Below are positions 1-7,734 of a stretch of DNA of 64,000 nt, piece after piece. Location: contig JAJFUS010000027.1 of assembly GCA_021372295.1 (NCBI GenBank), positions 8,378 to 72,377 on the forward strand, read 5' to 3'. The position numbers were made by a program, and so were the translations under genes. Source of the DNA: a bacterium (GTDB lineage Bacteria > Armatimonadota > UBA5829). The notes under the pieces were generated by a model. That model saw nothing but the letters and a program-made list of their open reading frames with translations. It ran no database searches and had not been told where the DNA came from. The first letter of the stretch is position 1, and the number at the start of each line of letters is the position of its first letter.

Positions 1-1
1 C

Positions 2-499
2 TGGAACCCTGGCGTTCACGCGTATATCGCAGACGAATATGCTAAAGTCGCCGAGACCTGGCGCGACAACATAAAGGAAGAGTTGGCGAAGCCCATCGAG
101 CTTGAGAGAGGCCACGAGTATGCCTCCCGCATATTCAACGCCACAATAGGCGACGGAGAGTTGTTTGAGTTTAACGGCAACGTCCGAAATTTCGGTCTCA
201 TCGACAATCTGCCGGAAGGCTGCTGCGTGGAAGTGCCTGTGCTGGCTTCAGAGCGCGGGTTCGACGCGATGCATGTCGGCGCTTTGCCCGCCCAACTGGC
301 CATCCTCAACAACATCAGCGCGCGCTGCGAAGAGTTGGCTGTCGAGGGATGTATCACAGGTGACCCGACAATGATTTACCACGCGATTCTCTTCGATCCT
401 CTGACATCAGCAGTTCTGAGCATGAGCGAGATACAGTCCATGGTCGACGAGATGTTCTATGCCAACAAGGACTGGCTGGCGCAGTTCAAAATAAGGTAA
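2..499 (+). CDS. GH4-family glycosidase (MelA/AglA-like), C-terminal part; 5' end is outside the window
   Basis: The frame of ORF 83..499 stays open back to nt 2. The segment ...FGLIDNLPEGCCVEVPVLA...HVGALPAQLAILN... matches the C-terminal region typical of NAD/Mn-dependent family 4 glycosidases. Confidence 0.7.
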   Translation, partial: WNPGVHAYIADEYAKVAETWRDNIKEELAKPIELERGHEYASRIFNATIGDGELFEFNGNVRNFGLIDNLPEGCCVEVPVLASERGFDAMHVGALPAQLAILNNISARCEELAVEGCITGDPTMIYHAILFDPLTSAVLSMSEIQSMVDEMFYANKDWLAQFKIR

Positions 500-603
500 C
501 GAAGTGCGGATAATATCGGACCTGTGAGCTGTGAGCCATTTTGCACTCGACTCGCAGGATAATATATAATATGAGTATTAGACAATAGGAGTTTTCATTA
601 CTG

Positions 604-1374
604 ATGCAACTAGGTAAGAGCGCTGGCGGCGATAAGCAGAACCCGATTGTAGCCGTCGTAGCAATTGTAATCATATTAGCTGCCGGGTTTATGGTGTATC
701 GCAATATAGCAGCAAACCGGTCTCCGACAGTGATGCCCGCCGACTCCCGAGGCAGTGTTCCTGTTTCATCGGGGCCTATCATGCCCGGAGGTTCGTCGCC
801 GGACGCGCAGAGTCAGCCTGGCGCAGCTCCGGCTGCACCCGCGACGCCTTCACCGAGCGCTTCGCAGGCAGCTCCGGTATCTCAACCTGCGCCGGCTCCT
901 CAGGCAGCTCCGGCTCCTAAAGCCAACCCCGCTCCCGCGCCGCAGCGGACAGCTCAAGTGGCCAAAGAAATACAAATGAAGACTATAAAGGTGTTCGGGT
1001 CGGTTACGGTGAGCTACCCGGACGGCTGGAAAATCAGCGCTTCGCGTGGAAACACATCCGCCCTCTTCACTAACGGGGCGGCTTCGTTCGAGGTGCTCGC
1101 TCCTGACGCAAAGGCAAACTCAGCTAAAGCGATAGCTCTGGCAGCCTTGAAGTCCATCGCGCCTGGGGCATCGGTCAAGAGTCAGGGCGCGGGCAATCTT
1201 AATGGCAGCGACATATACTGGGTTGGATTGACTCGCGGCGGCCAGAAAATGAGAATAGTAGGTGTGGATGCCGCGACTCGGGTCGTCCTGGTAATGCGAG
1301 CGCCAAGCGGCAAGTTCGCCTCACATGCCGATGTCTTCAACAAGATGCAGAACGCCCTGTCTTTCGGCCGATGA
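604..1374 (+). CDS. Membrane-anchored hypothetical protein with a Pro/Ala-rich linker
   Basis: There is an N-terminal TM helix (IVAVVAIVIILAAGFMVY), a long PAPAP-type low-complexity linker and a ~130-aa C-terminal globular part. No family was recognised. Confidence 0.5.
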   Translation: MQLGKSAGGDKQNPIVAVVAIVIILAAGFMVYRNIAANRSPTVMPADSRGSVPVSSGPIMPGGSSPDAQSQPGAAPAAPATPSPSASQAAPVSQPAPAPQAAPAPKANPAPAPQRTAQVAKEIQMKTIKVFGSVTVSYPDGWKISASRGNTSALFTNGAASFEVLAPDAKANSAKAIALAALKSIAPGASVKSQGAGNLNGSDIYWVGLTRGGQKMRIVGVDAATRVVLVMRAPSGKFASHADVFNKMQNALSFGR

Positions 1375-1455
1375 TGATACGCGCCGGTGGGTAAAGAACA
1401 AATAGCATGTCGACCATGGTTCGGCATGCTATATTCTTAAATCCGAGGTGCGCAA

Positions 1456-1944
1456 ATGGAAAGCATCGGTCACGAAATCAGCCCGGGAAAACTAATCCCG
1501 TATTTTTCGCTAGAGTCGACAGACGGCAAAATGATTTCCACCTGGGACTTCAAGGAGAAGATGGGGCTGGTCATCGTCTTTTTCAACCCTCGCAGCAGCG
1601 CCGACCTTGAGGCCATTGCCCAGATTAATAGCCGCTATCAAGAAATTACCGACGAAAACGCCGAGGTTCTGGCCGTGGGGTCGGGCGCGGTGGAAGAGAT
1701 GACAGGCTGCGTCGCCGGTATGAACTTCCGGTTTCCTCTTCTTATGGACTCCAACGGTGAGGCGGCACGCTCGTTTAACGTCGAGCAGGGCGCCATATTC
1801 GCTGCGGACAGATACGGTGAACTGCGTATGAAGGCGGCTCTGGCGGACGATCTGGATTCGACTCTGGACAACGCGATAAACGCCATATCGCTGTCGGAAC
1901 TCGAATGCCCGGAGTGCGGCGTCTCATCGTGGCCGGCGGAATAG
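1456..1944 (+). CDS. Redoxin (AhpC/TSA-fold) protein lacking the peroxidatic Cys, with a C-terminal CPEC motif
   Basis: The layout is peroxiredoxin-like (GLVIVFFNP...AEVLAVG...FPLLMDSNGEAARSFNV). The position of the usual FVCPTE motif reads RSSADLE. The C-terminus carries ECPECG. Confidence 0.55.
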   Translation: MESIGHEISPGKLIPYFSLESTDGKMISTWDFKEKMGLVIVFFNPRSSADLEAIAQINSRYQEITDENAEVLAVGSGAVEEMTGCVAGMNFRFPLLMDSNGEAARSFNVEQGAIFAADRYGELRMKAALADDLDSTLDNAINAISLSELECPECGVSSWPAE

Positions 1945-2196
1945 GCCGACAATCGGATTCCACACCAACCCCCATAGTTTGTTCAGATTGACTCGCATGT
2001 GATTACGGGCAGCGCGTATTGCCGACTTCTTTCAATAGTAATAAATCCAACGGAAGGAATTACGCGGCCGCTTGTCTAATACACACATTGTGGAAAGTTT
2101 CACAAACTCTAGCCATTTTGCTCCAGAAACGTTGTTTCGGAGCAGCACAGCAACTTTTTGGCTTTCCAACTTCGACTTATCAGTGAGGGACAAACT

Positions 2197-3279
2197 ATGG
2201 CACGAGTACATAATTTCAACGCCGGTCCGGCCGCATTGCCGCTGCCGGTTCTGGAAAAAGCGCAGAGCGAACTGCTGGACATAGCCGGCTCCGGCATGTC
2301 GGTGATGGAAATGAGCCACCGCAGCAAGGAGTTCCAGGCCATAATCGACGGCGCGGAGGCCGGAGTCCGCAAGCTGATGGGCGTCTCCGATGACTACAGT
2401 GTGTTGTTCCTGCAGGGTGGGGCGAGCCTGCAGTTTGCGATGATTCCGATGAACCTCCGCAGGCCCGGCAAGAGCGCGGATTATGTCGATACTGGAAGCT
2501 GGGCGTCGAAGGCCATCAAAGAAGCCAAGGTCGGTGACGGCGCGTGCAACGTAATCTGGTCGGGTAAAGAAGAAAAGTATATGCGTGCTCCCAAACCCGC
2601 TGAACTCAGCTTCAGCGCTGATGCCGAGTACGTGCATATCTGCTCGAACGAGACCATCGGCGGAATTCGTTATCCTGTCTTCCCAGAGACCGACGCTCCG
2701 CTGATTGCGGACATGTCCAGCGAGATTATGAGCCGCGTGATTGACGTAAACCGGTTCGGCATGATTTACGCAGGCGCTCAGAAGAACATCGGGCCGTCTG
2801 GGTTGGCGCTGGTAATCATCCGCAGGGATTTGATTGAGCGCACACCCGAGAACGTGCCGATTTTCCTGCGCTACGCCACTCATGCAAACGAGGGAAGCCT
2901 TTACAATACGCCAAACACATGGGGCATTTATATTGTGAAGCTCATCACCGACTGGGTGGAGTCTCTCGGCGGCCTTGCGGCGCTGCAGAAGATTAACGAG
3001 CAAAAATCGGGTAAGCTCTATGACCTGCTCGATTCCAGCGATTTCTGGACAGCGCCCGCCGACAAGTCCAGCCGCTCGATTATGAACGTGGTCTGGAGAC
3101 TGCCCAGCGAAGAGCTTGAAGCCACTTTCGTGAGCGAAGCCAAAAAAGCAGGTATGATTGGCCTGAAGGGTCACAGGTCGGTAGGCGGAATCCGCGCAAG
3201 CATCTATAATGCCGTCCCGATGGAAGCCATTGATGCGCTGGTCTCGTTTATGAAGGACTTCGAGGCGAAAATGGGTTAA
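2197..3279 (+). CDS. serC: Phosphoserine aminotransferase
   Basis: MARVHNFNAGPAALP...MEMSHRSKEF...FLQGGASLQF...GAQKNIGPSGL...GHRSVGGIRASIYNA are canonical SerC motifs. The ATG at 2197 was chosen because it gives the canonical N-terminus. Confidence 0.95.
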   Translation: MARVHNFNAGPAALPLPVLEKAQSELLDIAGSGMSVMEMSHRSKEFQAIIDGAEAGVRKLMGVSDDYSVLFLQGGASLQFAMIPMNLRRPGKSADYVDTGSWASKAIKEAKVGDGACNVIWSGKEEKYMRAPKPAELSFSADAEYVHICSNETIGGIRYPVFPETDAPLIADMSSEIMSRVIDVNRFGMIYAGAQKNIGPSGLALVIIRRDLIERTPENVPIFLRYATHANEGSLYNTPNTWGIYIVKLITDWVESLGGLAALQKINEQKSGKLYDLLDSSDFWTAPADKSSRSIMNVVWRLPSEELEATFVSEAKKAGMIGLKGHRSVGGIRASIYNAVPMEAIDALVSFMKDFEAKMG

Positions 3280-3323
3280 CTATTGACAGGCTTCGGCGGC
3301 CGGTAGTAAAATATATCGGTCGC

Positions 3324-3410
3324 GGGGACGTGGCGGAATGGCAGACGCGCTTGGTTGAGGGCCAAGTGAGCATAACGCTCATGTGAGTTCGACTCTCACC
3401 GTCCCCACCA
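3324..3410 (+). tRNA. tRNA-Leu (anticodon GAG), type II with a long variable arm, encoded CCA; copy 1 (attL side)
   Basis: Manual fold: acceptor GGGGACG/CGTCCCC; anticodon stem CTTGG/CCAAG with loop TTGAGGG; variable arm GAGC/GCTC; T arm GTGAG-TTCGACT-CTCAC; discriminator A plus CCA. Confidence 0.9.
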
Positions 3411-3483
3411 GTGAGTTCAATTGAACTCAAATCTTCCACCTGACAGACTTCCAAACGACTCAAGGACGCTTCCAAAAACTACG

Positions 3484-3527
3484 TAACCGACCTTGGTTTA
3501 TGACTTTCATGTTAACCGTCCTTGGTT
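3484..3527 (+). repeat. Two direct copies of the 15-mer TAACCGTCCTTGGTT (first copy has 1 mismatch) between tRNA copy 1 and int
   Basis: 3484-3498 is TAACCGACCTTGGTT and 3513-3527 is TAACCGTCCTTGGTT. The same 15-mer recurs at the other island end. Confidence 0.75.
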
Positions 3528-3567
3528 CAAATTACCGTGATTTCAGCCCGTTTTCGGGAGGTATATC

Positions 3568-4533
3568 ATGGCGTCAAATCTCGTTAGAGTACCCAACTTT
3601 ACAAGCCTTGCCGATGACCTACAGAGAGCCATTAACGGCTTCCTGAGCTATTGCAAGAGCAAGCACCTCAGCGACAGAACCACCGAATACTACAGCTATC
3701 GGCTTAAGGCACTGAGCAAGTATCTTGCCGACAAAGAAAAGCCTTCCGCCCCAATCTCCCTTACCGCGCAAACCGTCCGAGAGTTCATCACTGCAGAGTC
3801 CGACTCAAAGAGCGCAAGCACGGCAAACCACGACTATATAACCCTGTCGGCATTCTTCAATTACCTCGTGGGGGACGGCTTCATTGAGTCGAGCCCAATG
3901 GAACACGTTGACAGGCCAAAACGCCGGAAGACTGTCATCGACACGTTCTCAATGAAACAGGTCGATGATATTCTTACAACGTGTGGCCGTGACTTCGCTG
4001 GTGTCCGTGACAAGGCCATTGTCATGATGCTGGTGGACTGTGGGCTTCGCGCCTCTGAGATGTGTGGTATCACCTTAAATGACATTGACTGGACTGACTG
4101 CACTGTGCTTGTGTTGGGCAAGGGCGATAAAGAGCGCGTGGTTCCATTCGGGCAGGCGACAAGGCAGGCTCTTACAGCCTACAACGCTAGGCGCGCGGGA
4201 GTCGAAACGGATACCTACTTCGTAAGCACGCTTGGCGCACAGATTGACCGTCACCGGCTCAGAGAGATAATCGGACAACGGTGCGAGCTTGCCAAGATAA
4301 CGGGCGTAAGGTGTTCACCGCACACGTTCCGGCACACAATGGCGGTTCAATACCTCAGGAACGGCGGGGATGTCTTCAGTCTGCAGAAGTTATTAGGCCA
4401 TTCCTCGCTCGATATGACGCGCAAATACGCCGAGTTGAGCCAAACGGACGTTCAGGACAAACACCGGCTGTATAGCCCCGCTGACAGGCTTGAGGCGGCA
4501 AAGCAGACCAAGGGCAGAAAGAGACTGAAGTGA
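3568..4533 (+). CDS. Tyrosine recombinase / integrase (XerC/D-like, 321 aa)
   Basis: It has an N-terminal SAM-like core-binding domain and the catalytic signature ...GLRASE...HTFRHTMAVQYL...LLGHSSLDMTRKY (R..HxxR..Y). Confidence 0.93.
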   Translation: MASNLVRVPNFTSLADDLQRAINGFLSYCKSKHLSDRTTEYYSYRLKALSKYLADKEKPSAPISLTAQTVREFITAESDSKSASTANHDYITLSAFFNYLVGDGFIESSPMEHVDRPKRRKTVIDTFSMKQVDDILTTCGRDFAGVRDKAIVMMLVDCGLRASEMCGITLNDIDWTDCTVLVLGKGDKERVVPFGQATRQALTAYNARRAGVETDTYFVSTLGAQIDRHRLREIIGQRCELAKITGVRCSPHTFRHTMAVQYLRNGGDVFSLQKLLGHSSLDMTRKYAELSQTDVQDKHRLYSPADRLEAAKQTKGRKRLK

Positions 4534-4573
4534 GCGGAGTCAACTTTTCGCGTGGAAACCAAGCCTCTCAGAA

Positions 4574-4798
4574 TTACCTGGGAGGCTTGTAGTTACCAGG
4601 CCGCTTCCAGAGTTCCTCCATCGTTCGGCGGTCTTCCTCTGTCTCTTCCAACCCCACGACATCGCCGTCGATCTGGCCGGAAGCAATGCTAAACTGGAAG
4701 CGCGCCTTTGACCGGCTTATGCCCTGCACGCGCATAGCTTCTTCAATGTATTCGTTCTCGGACATTCCGCGAACGGTCAGTTTTTGTTTCATATTCAT
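4574..4798 (-). CDS. Small hypothetical protein, possible ribbon-helix-helix (CopG-like) fold
   Basis: KLTVRGMSENEYIEEAMRVQGISRSKARFQF resembles the strand-helix-helix pattern of RHH proteins. A 4-nt ATGA overlap with the upstream gene suggests translational coupling. Confidence 0.45.
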   Translation of the reverse strand: MNMKQKLTVRGMSENEYIEEAMRVQGISRSKARFQFSIASGQIDGDVVGLEETEEDRRTMEELWKRPGNYKPPR

Positions 4799-5109
4799 TG
4801 CTGTGTTCCAAAGAAAGCTCTTTTCAGAAACTCATGCACAATTCTTACCTGTGATTCAGACTCAGGAAAGACATATGCGCCAATGTATTCGTCGAAGACG
4901 ACTGTGAAGACAAGGCCGTTGCACTCCATTTTGATGTAAACCGCGTCGTCCGGCGCGAATTTCTTATCGGCAACTTCTGCCCCGTTCTGGTCGCACAAGT
5001 AAACGATAAGCTCGTCCAACTCTTCCTGGGAATCAATTCCACCAAGATAGAAGTGGTCGACCTTGCCTGACTCTTGCCGCAATCTTATCGATGTTACTAA
5101 GAAACTCAT
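4795..5109 (-). CDS. Hypothetical protein, paralog of the adjacent 5106..5444 product
   Basis: It aligns by eye with its neighbour (…AVYIKMECNGLVFTVVFDE…VRIVHEFLKRAF vs …TIFVKMNAGGMSFILTSDD…LDKLREFVEKTV). It has 4-nt overlaps on both sides. Confidence 0.5.
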   Translation of the reverse strand: MSFLVTSIRLRQESGKVDHFYLGGIDSQEELDELIVYLCDQNGAEVADKKFAPDDAVYIKMECNGLVFTVVFDEYIGAYVFPESESQVRIVHEFLKRAFFGTQQ

Positions 5110-5444
5110 GGCTTAACCAGTGCGACAGTTTTCTCCACAAACTCGCGCAATTTATCAAGACTATCATTTGATTCTGAATGCACTTCAGTAACGCCCATGT
5201 CGTCAGAAGTAAGTATAAACGACATACCACCCGCATTCATCTTCACAAAAATAGTTCCTTCAGGGCCAATAGTCTCATCGGTTATTATCACATGGCAGTT
5301 TTCGCGCCAATACCTAACGAGCGCATCCACCGCTTCAGGCGTTTCTATATCGAGAAGCATCAGGCGGGAATTGTCGAATATATAGTATTTTGTCGTTATG
5401 CTGCTCATTGCACACCAAGTTGTATATTGTGAACAGCTTCCCAC
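5106..5444 (-). CDS. Hypothetical protein, paralog of the 4795..5109 product (start may be Met13 at 5408)
   Basis: Same evidence as the previous entry. No known domain was recognised. Confidence 0.5.
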   Translation of the reverse strand: MGSCSQYTTWCAMSSITTKYYIFDNSRLMLLDIETPEAVDALVRYWRENCHVIITDETIGPEGTIFVKMNAGGMSFILTSDDMGVTEVHSESNDSLDKLREFVEKTVALVKP

Positions 5445-5514
5445 GTAAAAGGCGGAAGCTGTTCATGTCTGCAGTCGTCTATTCCAAGCAACTGGTATCC
5501 TAGAAAAATCCTAC

Positions 5515-6084
5515 CTATGCTGCAATGCGATCGTGCTCGTGTTTTTCCTTCAGTTTACATACGCCATTCAAGCGGCACATTGCACACGGATTTAAGGATT
5601 CCTGCACTTGGCAGATACTCTCGCAGTATCCCTGAGTTGGCGGTTCCCAAGTCCATACCGCGTGAACACTGTCATTAACACCATTTGTCATGGTCGAAAG
5701 GTGTAGAGCAACGGCACGAGCGACCAGAGTAATTTCTGTTTCAACTCCATGCCCTGATACTCCGCTGGGCAGGTGAGTTCCAGTAAAAAGCATTGCCTGC
5801 TCGCCTTCGTTGCGGATATACGCCCCCAACGTGTCACCGTCAAACGGCTTGTCAGATTGCCATTTGACGCCAAGTATTTTCAGTATGGCGTTCAAATGGT
5901 CGTAAAGGCCGTCCACATCGTCAGACATCAAATCCTGATTGAAGAATGTAGTATTTACGGAGTTGTGATATACTGGTGTTGTCTCCGTGTCTTCGGAGAC
6001 TGGGGCGGTTGCTTCTTCGCTGGGGCTGACCGCCTCTTTGATATTTACTACTTCCTGCACGTCCTTTTTGCGTAATGCTTGCAT
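5515..6084 (-). CDS. Hypothetical protein with a C-terminal Cys cluster
   Basis: 189-aa ORF ending CESICQVQESLNPCAMCRLNGVCKLKEKHEHD. No family was recognised. Confidence 0.45.
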   Translation of the reverse strand: MQALRKKDVQEVVNIKEAVSPSEEATAPVSEDTETTPVYHNSVNTTFFNQDLMSDDVDGLYDHLNAILKILGVKWQSDKPFDGDTLGAYIRNEGEQAMLFTGTHLPSGVSGHGVETEITLVARAVALHLSTMTNGVNDSVHAVWTWEPPTQGYCESICQVQESLNPCAMCRLNGVCKLKEKHEHDRIAA

Positions 6085-6149
6085 TTTTGGTTCCTCCTGA
6101 ATTGTGTTGCTATTTAGCCGGCTGCTTATGCGCCGGTAAATGCCGTACC

Positions 6150-6941
6150 TTACAAGCCATTGTCCTCGGATGCCTGCCGAAGTTTTTTGTGTGCGTCTCG
6201 TATCGCACTGTTCATAGAATCGCTGTCATCAGCACGGACAGTGATGCCTCTGCTCTTAAGCGTAGCTCCTTGAGGCATATTTTTTATGCCATCTGCTTCG
6301 ATTACCGTGCAACCATTTTTTAGTTCCTCAGCTTCATATTCAATGAAGTGACGTCCCTTTTTGGGCTTAATGCTTAAAACGCATGCGGCATCCTCGTAGC
6401 TGTTAATTACCACGATGTAATCCTTTGGATTTTCTTCAGCGGCACGGAAGTCCTTGTCCATACTGTTTGGGTCGTCCGACCACCCGTCAGCAGGCTTGAA
6501 CCTCTGCAAGGCAGCGCGAATACATTCATCACGATGCCTGTGATATTCTCTTTTGATAGTTTCGGGCTTATGCTTGTGGTTTGGATGAGTGCGATTCCAC
6601 TCGTCTGCCAATTTAGTCCACGAAATGCGTAATGTTGTCATTCGCTCCTGAAACTGGCCTACAAAGGAAACCAATTCCATTCGTGCAAGCACGCGCTTTA
6701 CCGATGGGCGGCGTTTGCCTGCACGTTTCTGCACACTATTAAGCCCCATAGCTTCCAAAGTCACTTCATAGGTGTCAAGAAAATCGTCTTCGTCAAGTGA
6801 GCCATACGTGTTCTCGTAATCTTTGACAAGTCGATTCAATGCTCCAAGAGCTATGGGAAAACCAAAGCGCTTCTCCACGCGCCCGCGAAATGCCTCGAAC
6901 TGCTCGAATGTGAATCCTGAAGGTAGTTCCTTTTTTGTCAA
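6150..6941 (-). CDS. Hypothetical protein (TTG start), divergent from the xis-like gene
   Basis: 263-aa ORF. It is basic in the middle (KRAGKRRPSVKR; WTKLADEWNRTHP...). Its position fits an island regulator, but no HTH could be assigned with confidence. Confidence 0.45.
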   Translation of the reverse strand: MTKKELPSGFTFEQFEAFRGRVEKRFGFPIALGALNRLVKDYENTYGSLDEDDFLDTYEVTLEAMGLNSVQKRAGKRRPSVKRVLARMELVSFVGQFQERMTTLRISWTKLADEWNRTHPNHKHKPETIKREYHRHRDECIRAALQRFKPADGWSDDPNSMDKDFRAAEENPKDYIVVINSYEDAACVLSIKPKKGRHFIEYEAEELKNGCTVIEADGIKNMPQGATLKSRGITVRADDSDSMNSAIRDAHKKLRQASEDNGL

Positions 6942-7055
6942 TGTAAGTCTCCCAACGGGGACTTTTTAGCTTAACTGTCCCCTGCTTTAATGTGTGTATG
7001 ATATACCATAAAACAATGGTTGTCAACTACTATTTTTTACTAGGAGGCACATAAC

Positions 7056-7256
7056 GTGAATGCTCAGACCCTTAAGGTGGAGGAAGCGGCGGAGATATTG
7101 AGGTTGAGCAGGACAGCGGCATATGCAGCAGTTCGGCGCGGTGATATACCGTCAATCAGGATCGGAAAATTGCTGTTTGTTCCCAAGCCCGCACTTGATG
7201 TCATGCTATTGAATGCCGGAAATCCTGCTAAGGTTGTGGGTGAAACAAATGCATAG
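7056..7256 (+). CDS. Excisionase-family / MerR-type HTH DNA-binding protein (Xis-like)
   Basis: LKVEEAAEILRLSRTAAYAAVRRGDIPSIRIGKLLFVPKPALDVML matches the HTH_17 excisionase pattern. AGGAGG lies 8 nt upstream of the GTG start. Confidence 0.8.
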   Translation: MNAQTLKVEEAAEILRLSRTAAYAAVRRGDIPSIRIGKLLFVPKPALDVMLLNAGNPAKVVGETNA

Positions 7257-7266
7257 AGGAAATGAG

Positions 7267-7734
7267 ATGACCAGAGGTTCCAAGCTTGGCGGCACGGCCT
7301 CTGGTCAAGAGTATAACGCTTTTCACAGCGCGTTACTATCCAAATGTTATCCCAAATCAAGCATGGAGTCAATCGGCACGCCGGTCATTGTGAAAACGGC
7401 GCAGGGCTTCCGTGACGCCGGGCACATCCGGTCTATCGGTGACAACCCGGTGTTCATCAAGACTGTGACCACATCCAGGCATTTGCAGCGCAATATGGAT
7501 GCGTGGGGCATCGATGTGCGAGTGGTTAATACGCTCAAGAAGCGCAATATCTGCCGGATACGCATAATCGACACGGAGTCGGGTGCAATCTATGACACGA
7601 TCCTCAATGTAATCGACAATCATGGGGTGTGCCGCGATTTCGGGTATGGCGCGCAGATATTCCTGTCGCGTAAATACTGGTTCCGGGGCGAATCGTATCG
7701 GTTCGGCGGGTCGGGGGCGCGCTATGGCGAATAG
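7267..7734 (+). CDS. Hypothetical protein (island replication module)
   Basis: The ATG at 7267 has GAGGA upstream. Its end overlaps the primase start (7724). Confidence 0.45.
   Translation: MTRGSKLGGTASGQEYNAFHSALLSKCYPKSSMESIGTPVIVKTAQGFRDAGHIRSIGDNPVFIKTVTTSRHLQRNMDAWGIDVRVVNTLKKRNICRIRIIDTESGAIYDTILNVIDNHGVCRDFGYGAQIFLSRKYWFRGESYRFGGSGARYGE

Noticed and set aside
2032-3174. 380-aa ORF on the minus strand
   Set aside because: It lies entirely antisense to serC, whose product has canonical motifs. It is a typical shadow ORF with no recognisable motifs.
7622-7723. Upstream extension of the primase ORF (MGCAAISGMARRYSC...)
   Set aside because: It overlaps the preceding ORF extensively. The ATG at 7724 gives a compact 11-nt overlap and a sensible N-terminus before the zinc motif.
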